Shown here piece by piece: positions 53,744-64,000 of a stretch of DNA of 64,000 bases. The stretch is from Octopus vulgaris (lineage: Eukaryota): NCBI GenBank assembly GCA_951406725.2, contig OX597822.1:75330001-75394000 (forward strand), given 5' to 3'. Position numbers and translations under genes: made by a program. Below the pieces are notes generated by a model, which saw only the letters and a list, made by a program, of their open reading frames with translations, ran no database searches and was not told the DNA's origin. Each line of letters opens with the position of its first letter. Positions within the stretch are counted from its first letter, which is position 1.

Positions 53744-55417
53744 ATTTCTTTATTACCCACCAGGGGCTACGAAGAATGGCGGACATAACAAAACATGGGG
53801 GACATAGAACAATATGATTAAATTTATGAGCAAATGAAAATGAAAAAATGATAATATGAAAGCGATGCTAACGGCCCCCTCCGCCAGCATCACTTATCTG
53901 TCCTTTTGTTTTCACTGTCACCTGAATGTTCATTCCCAATACGAAGACCATCCATATCCATTCTTACTCCGAAACTGTCCTCCATATATTCCACGAATTC
54001 ATCGCTCATTCTTGTATCTTTCACCTCCCAATTCTCCCTTCACACCTCAACACAAACTCATCTATATTCTTCTTTTCCAGCACTGCATATCTGGTCCCAT
54101 CCATTTCATACCATTCATACTCCTCCATTACCCTTTCAACCTCTTTCTGTTCAGTCACAATATAAATGTTCGGCCTGGGTTCGTTTTCAAACTCTTGTCT
54201 GTCTGTATTATTATTTTTCTTTTGTTTTCTTGTTGGAGGGGAGCGGGTGGGTTCACTGTCTGCAGGGGGAAGGGTGGGATTCAGAGGGTGCGGGTGGTGT
54301 TGGGGTGGGTTGGGGCTTCGCACAGTTTTTCTTTTTCTTTCTTTTTCTCTTTTTTCTTCCTTCTTCCCACTCTTGTTGCATCTCCTCTTCTTCTGTCGTT
54401 TCTTTTCCGTTTGGTTCTCTTTGGTTTCTTCCTCTTTTGGGGCTTCCGCGACGATTTCCTTTTCTTTTTCCTTTGGTGGGGGAGGGCAGTAGGCTCTTAT
54501 GTGACCCCTCAAGCCACACTTGTAGCACCTGGGCGCCCTACCCTCCACCCACACTCTCATAATAATATTTCCAGTTTTTATACTGTCCGTAAGCTTTTCT
54601 ATAACTTCCGCCTCCGTCTGTATGTTCATTACTAGTGTGGCACCTCTCACGCCTTCATATTTCATAATGGCGTGGAGGATGTCCACTTTATCTTCATTTC
54701 CTTTGATAACCGCAGCCGTTATTAATTCGCCCTCTAGGTGTGGAGGTATTCCTTCCACCCTAATTCTGGTGGTCCTTCTATTCAAATACGAGGGGAACAA
54801 GTAAAACTTTTCTGTACTCACCACCTTGGCTGCTATATTCCTGGCTGCTTTCTCACTTTTAAATTGTACCGTTATGGTTCCATATTCTAATCCTTTTGTC
54901 ATGTACACAATTTCTTCTCCTGTCTGTTTGAAAGCCTCTTCAATTGCTTCCATGTTAATCACTTCCATTTTTCTACCTCCATTCATAAATACTTTATATT
55001 TAATGGTTCTACGATGGAACCAGTCTCCGCGCCCTGCTAGAGGCAACAGCTCAACCTCTCCGTTCTCCTCCTCCTTCATGAACTCCTGGAAGTCCGTCAA
55101 CTTAGCCAGGTCTATCTCTTTTTCTGTTGACTTCTTCGTTATACCTGCGTAGGTGCTTTCCATTTTTTCACCGCCAACTCCTCCTCAGATGTCGACGAAT
55201 TTTCAGAGAAATTTCTCCCTTCCATCTCATCCGTTTGGTAGAGGCGGCTCATAGTCGCCTCAGACCGAAAAACGGCCTCCCGAACAGAAAACGTGCGACG
55301 CACAGAACCAGTGCGACGCGAAACCGCACCAAAACGACGTTCCAATTCCGCAACCACAATTCACTTTTTGTTCTTTTTTCTTTTTTAACCGAATTTTACA
55401 GAGCGCAAAAAAACGCG
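53744..55417 (-). mobile_element. ORF1-only non-autonomous Tx1-derived element (unit B)
   Basis: 5' end cgcgttttttt; ORF1 with CYKCGLRGHIRAYC; about 145-bp 3' UTR ending tagcccctggtgggtaataaagaaat; no ORF2 sequence. Confidence 0.85.
53890..55163 (-). pseudogene. Unit B ORF1 protein (frameshift near 54035)
   Basis: 380-aa ORF continues in another frame as ENWEVKDTRMSDEF...KRTDK-stop at 53890; collinear with unit C. Confidence 0.8.
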
Positions 55418-57131
55418 TATTTCTTTATTACCCACTAAGGGGCTACGAAGAATGGCGGACATAACAAAACATGGGGACATAGAACATTATAATTAAACTT
55501 TATGAACATGAATTGTTAAACGAAAAAAATGATAAAATGAAAGCGATACCAACGGCCCCGTCCGTCAGCATCACTTACCTGTCCTTTGTTTTTCATTGTC
55601 ACTTGAATGTTCTTTGCCAATACGAATAAATTCCATATCCATTCTTACTCCGAAATACTCATCCATATTTTCCACGAATTCATCGCTCATTCTTATATCT
55701 TTCACCTCCCAATTCTCCCTTTCACACCTCCCCATAAACTCACCTATGTTCTTCTTTTCAATCACAGCATACCTAGTCTCTCCAACATCATACCATTTAT
55801 ACTCTTCCATTAGACTTTTAACTTCTTTCTGTTCAGTCATAGTACAAATGTACGGCCTGGGTTCGATTTCAATCTCTTGTGTGTGTGTATTCTTTTTTTT
55901 CTTTTGTTTTCTTGTTGGGGGGGAGCGGGTGGGTTCAATGTCTGCATGGATAGGGTGGGACTCAGAGGGTGTGGGAGGTTTTGGGGTAGATTGGAGTTCC
56001 ATATTATTTTCTTTTTTTCCACATATTCTTCTCTTCCTCTTACTTCCAGCTTCCTTCCATTTCTGTGTATTCTCTTCCTCTGTTTCCTTCTCCTCTGGTT
56101 TCTGCTTCTCTCTCTCTGGTTCGGGATCCATTTCTTTCCCTGGGGGAGGGCAGAAGGCTCTTATGTGACCCCTCAGGCCACACTTGTAACAACGTGGAGC
56201 CCTGCCCTCCACCCACACTCTCATGATCACTTCTCCCAGTCTGATGCTTTCCGTCAGGTCCACCAGTACCTCGGTCTCTGCCTGTACGTTCAGCTCCACT
56301 GTTACGCCTCTCCAGCCCTCGGACTTAACCGAGGCATGGAGAATATCCACTTCGTCCTCGTGGCCGCTGATCACAGCCGCCACAATCCATTCTGCCTCCA
56401 CGTTTGGTGGCACTCCCTCCACCCTTATTCGTGTAATCCTCCTGTTTAAATACGTAGGTAACAGTGTTACCTTTTCCGACTTCACCGCCTTCGCTGCCAT
56501 CTTCCTCGCTGCAGATTCACTTTTAAAGTGCACAACTACGGTCCCGTACTTGATCCTCGAGTCAGAAAATTTATTTCCTCCTCAGTTCTTCGCAGGGCTT
56601 CCTCTATCCATTCCATGGATACAACTTCTACCCTCTTCCTTTCGTTTGCGCACACCCTGTAAACAATGGTCCTCTTATCATACCATTCTTTTCTCCTGGG
56701 TGTCGGTGATAGTTCCACCTCACCGCTTTCCTTTTTCATGTATTTCTGGTAACTTGGCAACTTGGCCATGTCGACCCCTTTCTCTTCCGCCTTCTTGGTT
56801 ACACCGGCATAGGTATAACCCAGCTTGTCTTCCATTTCCTTGCTGCTATTTCTAGCTCCTCTCAGACGTAGGCAAGTCTGTAAAGACTCGAAAACTCAGC
56901 TTTCCTCCATCAGCTTCACTGCAATTGCCAGTTCCTCATCCGTCGTGGACAGGGAGACTCATAGTCCATTTCCTTCTGTCTGACAGACCGAAAACGGCCG
57001 CCAAAACAGAAAAAGTGTAACGCGCTGAACGAGCGAAACGCGAAACCGCGTCAACGCCGTTCAGAATTTCCACAACAACAACAACGCTTTTTGTTCTTTT
57101 TTACCGAATTTTCAGGAGCCGAAAAAACGCG
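55418..57131 (-). mobile_element. ORF1-only non-autonomous Tx1-derived element (unit C)
   Basis: Same 5' start (cgcgttttt) and near-identical 3' UTR to unit B; ORF1 with CYKCGLRGHIRAFC. Confidence 0.85.
55571..56835 (-). pseudogene. Unit C ORF1 protein (frameshift near 56550)
   Basis: 99-aa and 320-aa ORF pieces homologous to unit B ORF1. Confidence 0.8.
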
Positions 57132-57775
57132 ACCTTTCTCTACATTGTATACTTTATAGACAATAGTCTTTTCTTTAATTTAATTTTTTATTATCCATCT
57201 GGACTATTCCATTTCTGCACGCTAATTTTATTTTAAATTTATTCCCATTCATGTGAAACCACTTATTCAAGTTCAAATCACTGATGCAATTTTATACCGA
57301 TTGCTATTTTTACTTTTGCCATGTTACTTTAGTTTGATTTTAATTATTAGTTACTACATATAATTCAATTGTTATTATTATTTTTATTGTTAAAGTAAAA
57401 GTATCTGACATAAAATAGAGAAACGTTTTTGTTTCACTTTTAACACGTAATACTGAAATAGTGGAGAAGATATGATATTGCTATGGGCTCGCTCTAGGCA
57501 AGAAATTGAACACTTTTTTGCCCATGAAACTACATGGACCCTAAGTAAGGCATGTGTAAAATTTGAATGGAATTGGTTGTGTAGTTCTCAAGTTTTAGGG
57601 AATCGTAGTGGAGAAGATATGATATTGCTGTGGGCTTTTTTGCCGATGACACTCCCCGGAGTAAGGCATGTGTTAAATTTGAATAAAATTGGTTGTATAG
57701 TTCTCAAGTTTTAGGGAAACACACAGACAGACAGTCAAACACACATTCTCAGTTTTATATATATAAAGATATATA

Positions 57776-58235
57776 CGAGAAAAACGCACCCCACGTCCAA
57801 TTGACGTTGCTGAGTTGTCAAACATTTAAACCAAATTTTCTCAAAACAACATGTCCGGCTATCCCATAGGCCTCCCCTTTGAGAAACACTGATTTAACCT
57901 AAATTTGAGACACCAGCGAAAGAAGAAATAAAGATAGACATTTTTTCTATTCCAAAGAAAAACGATTTTATTCACACAAATATGTAACCGAAGAGTTTAA
58001 AGTACCAGTAAGTACATCGCGACAGCTGATGTGCTTGCGCGTACAAATGCACGTTCCCACGGGTTTATCGATCGCATTCTCACCTGGAATCGATTTTTGT
58101 AATTTTACCAAGACTTATACACGCTCTGATACCGTCGGTATCTACATATCAAATTTGAGCGCAATCGGATGGAGGATGCCCGAGATCCTAGAAGACACAC
58201 ATACAGACAGACAGAACGGATTTTATATAATATAT
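57776..58235 (-). mobile_element. Helitron-like non-autonomous element
   Basis: 5' tataaaatccgttctgtctgtctg on the minus strand; 3' hairpin acgtcaattggacgt and CTCG|T end. Confidence 0.45.
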
Positions 58236-58608
58236 ATATATATAAATAAAAAGATGAAGTTGTCTGTGTATGGCAGGTTTGGTAGCCTTCAACTAACACT
58301 ATCTCCTCCGAGACCCTGCAGCGCAAGTTGACCAAAATTGAGAGTATGATAGAAGAACGCTTGTTCTTCCTTCCGTAGAAGAAAAATTTCAAATCGGATC
58401 ATGTTAACACCAAAAATTATTTACATCAAAAATCCCTATTTTTTACGATTTTTTGACTGCTGTGTCGCCATTTTTCGGTGTATTCCAACCAGAAAAAAAT
58501 GTTCACTTAAAGAGAATAACAAGCTACATAATGCAAAATTTTTACTTTTCAAAAATTCCAATTCTAAAGGGTCGAAACAAACCCGAGCAACGCCGGGCGA
58601 AACTGCTA

Positions 58609-58609
<1 letters not shown>
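58236..58609 (+). mobile_element. Non-autonomous Helitron
   Basis: 3' acccgagcaacgccgggcgaaactgCTAG|T; 5' region gaagttgtctgtg resembles the 5' end at 37237. Confidence 0.75.
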
Positions 58610-58673
<64 letters not shown>

Positions 58674-59235
58674 ACACGCTCACAATATGATATAGTGTTC
58701 TGAAAGACCTTCATCAAATATATTTGTTATAAATACGTATAAATCAGTTTGGACGCACTCACAATGCAACAAGTCATTGTTTTTGTCGAGTATCAGACAT
58801 CTTTTGTTTCTCTGAAATAATTGTATGCAAAACAAGCGTATCACTCTATATTTCCCGAGCAGCAGCAGTAGTAACAGCCGCAGTAGTTGTAGAAATATTG
58901 ATTTAAGTGCATTTATAATAACTATTTTTATGAATTCCTTTGTGACTAAACTTGGTATTAGTTTTAGAATAACTATTTTCACCGTGGAATATGTATTTTT
59001 GATCGAATCGACCACTTTTGTTTCATGACTGTAGCTTTAACCGATATTAGTAAAGAGAATAAAATAAAAGGGAGGAAGAAAAAAAACATTAAATTTCGAG
59101 GAAATAAGTGATTATCATTGTTGATCAAATAAATAAATAAATGAATAAATAAATAAATGAAGTTTTGAAATCTGTAAAATGTTGATGTTTTGACTAAACG
59201 AATGGTACGAAGGTTGGGAGAATACATCTCCACGA

Positions 59236-59672
59236 AGGCGGTGAGCTGGCAGAAACGTTAGCGCACCGGGCGAAATACTTAGCAGTATTTCGTCTGCCGT
59301 TACGTTCTGAGTTCAAATTCCGCCGAGGTCGACTTTGCCTTTCATCCTTTCGGGTCGATAAATTAAATACCAGTTGCGTACTGGGGTCGATCTAATCAAC
59401 TGTCCCCCTCCCCCCCCAAAATTTCGGGCCTTGTGTCTTGAGTAGAAAAGAATTATTGTGAACTTTAAGGTGGTGAGCTGGTAGAAACGTTAGCACGCCA
59501 GGCGAAATGCTTAGCGCTATTTCGTCTGTTTTCGCGCTCTTAATTCAAACTCCGTCGAGGTCGACTTTGCCTTTCATCCTTTCGGGGTCGATAAATTAAG
59601 TACCAGTTGCGTACTAGTGCCCCCTCTCCTCCAAAATTTCGGGCCTTGTGCCTAGAGTAGAAATGAATTATT
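59236..59672 (+). mobile_element. Two SINE family 2 copies with tail B
   Basis: The second copy is flanked by aattattgtga duplicated at the tail of the first. Confidence 0.85.
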
Positions 59673-60290
59673 GTGACATTTCTGTGGCAAATAGAATTCA
59701 TTGTTAGAAACTTGACTTTACAAACGGCCTGTCAACAACCGTCTTATCTTTTATCTCTTAATTGTTATAGTAACTGGACTGCGGCCATACTGGAGCATCG
59801 CCTCAAAGGTTTTAGTCAAACAGGTGGGACTAAGTACTGATTTGATCGTCCTCTTTTGCTGAACTGCTATAATGGGGACGTAAGCGATTCTGTCAGTTCG
59901 CCGCCTTACTAATATCAAATACATAGAACTTGTAATTTTCCAATAATGATGATAATGCATCGATATGCATAAATGGGACCAAGACCGTTGTATCACTCAT
60001 CCTAAGGAAAAACTAGAGATTTCAATTTATAATAACCAAATAAAAACTCAATAGCACTTCGAAACCGGGTACGAATCGTGTACTTTTATACTTACCCTCT
60101 CAACAGTTATTTTGATTACCTGTGAAATCGTCATCAATTTTAGTGATATAATTAATAGCAACAGAAGCAGTTTTAGTTCCAAAATGTAATATTTATTCGC
60201 ACTTTAAAGTGCATCAGGCCAAGGAAGGCCAAAATCACATGACCTGGTAGTCTCGGCGATGATGGTGAACGCTTATCTCCTGCTAGCGGT

Positions 60291-60346
60291 GAGTGCTTAA
60301 ATGCGAGTGCTTAAATGCCAGTGCTTAAATACGAGAGCTTAAATGC
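60291..60346. repeat. 14-bp tandem repeat x4 (gagtgcttaaatgc)
   Basis: Directly visible. Confidence 0.85.
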
Positions 60347-60660
60347 ACCACGACTCATATGAAAGGTTCTCTCATGGTAACTAACATAGTATTCTGTGTT
60401 CTAACACAACATCTACGCATGAGTGGGGATAAATATCACTTTATAGTAATATATGTTTACTGTCGTGAGAATTAGAATATTCTGAATTACTTCGAATTGG
60501 AACAAAATGAAAATAAAAACCCGGTCCTTATTGTAGAATACTTTCTTATAATACGGGGTGCAATAATAAATATCTCTGATGAGTTAGCTGAACTATGCCG
60601 AGTAGTCTAGAACTAACGAAAGGAGAATTTTCAAGTTGAGAAAATGCAGAAAAAATTGCT

Positions 60661-61040
60661 AGGCGCAGGAGTGGCTGTGTGGTAAGTAGCTTGTTTACCA
60701 ACCACATGGTTCCGGGTTCAATCCCACTGCGTGGCACCTTGGACCGACCAATGCCCTGTGAGTGGATTTGGTAGACGGAAACTGAAAGAAGCCTGTCGTA
60801 TATATGTATATATATATATATATGCGTGTGTTTGTGTGTCTGTGTTTTTCCCCCATAGCATTGCTTGACAACCGATGCTGGTGTGTTTACGTCCCCGTCA
60901 CATAGCGGTTCGGCAAAAGAGACCGATAGAATAAGTACTGGGCTTACAAAGAATAAGTCTCGGGGTCGATTTGCTCGACTAAAGGCGGTGCTCCAGCATG
61001 GCCGCAGTCAAATGACTGAAACAAGTAAAAGAGTAAAAAA
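60661..61040 (+). mobile_element. SINE family 1 copy
   Basis: Near consensus. Confidence 0.85.
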
Positions 61041-61762
61041 AAGAGAAAGATAAGAAAATAATACTATGGGAAAAATGTTTTCTGGAGAAGCTCAGCTCAT
61101 TACATCTTGCAAAAAGGAGCAGACTTTGAGATAAGGACCTCTTAATATATCATCCTTGTTTTTCATCGTTTCGTGATCGATAAGATAAGTACCAGTTGAG
61201 TACTGGGGTCGATGTAATCAACTTGCCCTCCCCCCTGCGAACTTGCATGCCTTGTACCAAAATTTGAAACCGATATTTTTTCCTTGTTGCGTGAGCAGTT
61301 TGAGAAAGCATATCAAATAAATACATTTGAAGTTTGGTCTGTATTGGATCTTTTTTTTTTTTTTTTTGAATCAGAAGAAACCTTCGATGATTTTATTTTG
61401 GCATCGACAACACAAATTAAATTACAAAATACAAAGAGAACATGAACTCTGACAAGAAAAAGCACATATTTAATAGCTCAACATGTTAAGTCAAAATTTA
61501 AAGAAATACGAGCAGCCGAGATTGCGGAAAATTCTGACTGTTTCTAATGACATCTTACACTTTCTTGGTATCTGCATAATGTTTCAAGCATCAAATGTTT
61601 ATTGCGAAAGTGGATTCAGTCTTTTAGAGAAACACTAAAAGATGTAATGAAATAAAAATCAATCAGACGTCAGAATCAATTCCTTCAAATATATCCAGTC
61701 CTCAGGTTTTCTGGTCTTGTTCCATTGGAATAAATAATCGTTTTATTATAAGTTTCTACACC

Positions 61763-61980
61763 AAGGCGGCGAGTTGGCGAATCGTTACTGCACCGGACAA
61801 AATGCTTAGCGGCATTTCTTCCGGCTTTACGTTCTGAGTTCAAATGCTGCCGGAATCGACTTTGCCTTTCATCCTTTCGGGATCGATAAAATAAGTATCA
61901 GTCGAACACTGGAATTAATGATATCAACTTACCCGCAACCCTAAAATGGCTGGCCTGGTGCGAAAATTTGAAACTGTTAT
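61763..61980 (+). mobile_element. SINE family 2 copy (tail aaaatttgaaac)
   Basis: Head aggcggcgagttggc and family 2 core. Confidence 0.8.
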
Positions 61981-62019
61981 TAGTATTAATCCCTCCCAAA
62001 AATGGACAATTCTATGATT

Positions 62020-62320
62020 GTGTGTTCCTTCTCGAGCCACGCCTGGCTCATAGGGCCGGTTTCCCGGTTTCCTTGTCGTATAGGTTCTCCACCTGGACGG
62101 GACGCCGGTCCTTTGCAGGTGTGCTGTAAGATGCAGGAGGAAAGAGTGAGAGAAAGCTGTGGCGAAAGAGTCAGCAGAAGTTCGCCATTACGTCCTGCCG
62201 GAGCCGCGTGGAGCTTAGGTGTTTCGCTCATAATCAAACACATCGCTCGGTCTGAGATTCGAACCCGCGATCTCTCGACCGCGAGTCCGCTGCTCTAACC
62301 ACTAGGGCATGTGCCTCCAC
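62020..62320 (-). mobile_element. SINE family 3 copy
   Basis: Reverse complement of 15688-15975. Confidence 0.85.
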
Positions 62321-63092
62321 ATAATTCTATGATTAGATCATCAAAAATTGGTTACAAAAAAAATATAGGCAAGAAGAGGATCTAATAGGCTTGCAAGGAA
62401 TTTCATGGAAAAGGATTAGGCGAACAGTTGAGTACAGGCAGAAACGACTAGATTTGACAGACAACAAATGGTGGTACTCCTGGACATGGATATCACATAA
62501 CTGACAATTGAGAAGAATAAGGATACGTGGTGTTCCCAGAGAAGATGTACGGAAGGCGTGATCGTAAGTGTGACATGTTATTATTAACCTAGGTTTGTTT
62601 GTGTAGCAGCTATCCTGTCTCAGATATGTGAAAAGTGCACTTAGGTGGGGCTATTGTTATCAATAGGTCAATTCTAATCGAAGTTACTTATGACAAAATG
62701 TATACCAGCTATGACTATCGTTTTAATTAAAATGGTAGTATCATTTATAGGTCGGAAATTTCACTGTAAGTTCTGGCAGATTAGATGATCTTGTAGAGGG
62801 TCTCGTCTTGATATCTAGATATATGGGTTTTTATGGGATCTAGATATATGGGTTTTGTGGTATGTCATGAAAATGGGAAACTTAGAAATTCAAGAAGCTG
62901 TAGGGTTCAGTTGTGAGTCATTCACAGGTGGAGATGTACTGATGTTATTGCATTTTTGTTTTTGTAATTGGGTGCTGCCAAACGGAATCAAGTTATCTTA
63001 TTTCTATTGTTTTATTCTTTTGTGGGGTTTATGTTCATGTCTAGGCATCTCTACTGTTGTACGATTACAGTACAACAATTACACCAATGAAT

Positions 63093-63708
63093 AAGGCAGC
63101 GAACTGGTAGAAATGTAAGCACGACTGGCGAAATGCTTAGCGGTATTTCGTCTGCCGTTACGTTCTAAGTTTAAATTCCGCCGAGGTCGACTTTGCCTTT
63201 CATCCTTTCGGGGTCGATAAATTAAGTACCAGTTACGCCATGGGGTTGATGTAATCGACTTAATCCCTTTGTCTGTATTTGTTTGTTCCCTCTGTGTTTA
63301 GTCTCTTGTGGGTAGTAAAGAAATAGGTATTTCGTGTGCCGTTACGTTCTGAGTTCAAATTCCGCCGCGGTCGACTTTACCTTTCATCCTTTCGTAGTCG
63401 ATAAATTGAGTACCAGTTACGTACTAGGGTCGATGTAATCAACTTAATCCCATTGTCTGTCCTTGTTTGTCCCCTGTATGTTTAGCCATTTGTGGGAAAT
63501 AAAGAATTAAGAAACGTTAGCACGCCGGGCGAAATGCGTAGCCGTATTTCATCTGTCGTTACGTTCTGAGTTCAAATTCCGCCGAAATCGACGTTGCCTT
63601 TCATCCTAACAGGGTCGATAAATTAAGTACCAGTTGCGTACTGGGGTCGATCTAATCGACTGGCTCCCTCCCCACAAAATTTCGTCTCTTTTGCCTAGAG
63701 TAGAAAAG
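63093..63708 (+). mobile_element. SINE family 2 trimer (tail A, tail A, tail B)
   Basis: 16-bp TSD aattacaccaatgaat at 63077-63092 and 63709-63724. Confidence 0.85.
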
Positions 63709-64000
63709 AATTACACCAATGAATCTGATTGAACGAAACTGTCGACTACATTTTGTGTATGGCAATATAGTGTCTTTCTCAACCTCGACGGAATTTGAAT
63801 TCGGAACGTAAAGACGGACGGCATGCTGCTAAGCATTTTCCCCAGCGTGCCAACGATTCTGCCAGATTGCCATCTTGCTTTTGTCGGTATATTGTTTTGA
63901 GACTTAAAACATATAACACGTGACCGCTACTTCAAGTGTTACCTGGGAGAGCCTTGAGAAATATGTGGCTGATTGATAGAGTACGCAGCAAGTACGGAAA

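Larger units (their letters stand above)
48013..57769 (-). mobile_element. Non-autonomous Helitron (about 1.1 kb) split by the Tx1 stack
   Basis: 5' A|TCTTTATATA...(tgtc)n at 57769; 3' hairpin acccggcaacgacgggt, then CTAG|T at 48013; internal repeat of about 147 bp at 57459 and 57606. Pairing of the two ends is inferred. Confidence 0.6.

Noticed and set aside
52260-56855. Plus-strand ORFs of 70-260 aa over the Tx1 stack
   Set aside because: Antisense shadows of purine-rich ORF1 sequence; no recognisable domains.
53744-57131. Units B and C as LTRs or as retroviral gag genes
   Set aside because: No TG..CA termini, primer-binding site or protease. The ORFs are homologous to ORF1 of the adjacent non-LTR element and end in its 3' tail.
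58680-59015. 111-aa hydrophobic ORF
   Set aside because: AT-rich low-complexity sequence with no domain evidence.

Overview
AT-rich, repeat-dense eukaryotic DNA. The SINE, microsatellite and transposon content points to a cephalopod (Octopus-like) genome, which is an inference. No host protein-coding gene can be firmly supported, and most listed ORFs are microsatellite or SINE artefacts. The main feature is a minus-strand, head-to-tail stack of three Tx1/L1-clade retroelements at 48503-57131. Unit A is near-complete (ORF1 plus APE-RT-zinc-finger ORF2, 13-bp TSD). Units B and C are diverged ORF1-only elements with their own 5' ends and 3' tails. The stack appears to have used one nick site inside a non-autonomous Helitron. 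All three units share a 3' tail (GCCCC-T[T/G/TA]GT-GGGTAATAA) with one form of an abundant tRNA-derived SINE, and that SINE forms TSD-flanked multimers with recurrent junctions. This suggests a three-tier LINE / half-LINE / SINE system. Also present: a (TAA)n-targeted R4/Dong RLE LINE with two flanking non-coding passengers, Penelope remnants with hammerhead-like motifs, mariner/Tc1 relics, piggyBac- and hAT-like MITEs, several Helitron/Helentron-type elements, four SINE families and many micro- and minisatellites. Coordinates were read by eye; SINE boundaries are approximate.
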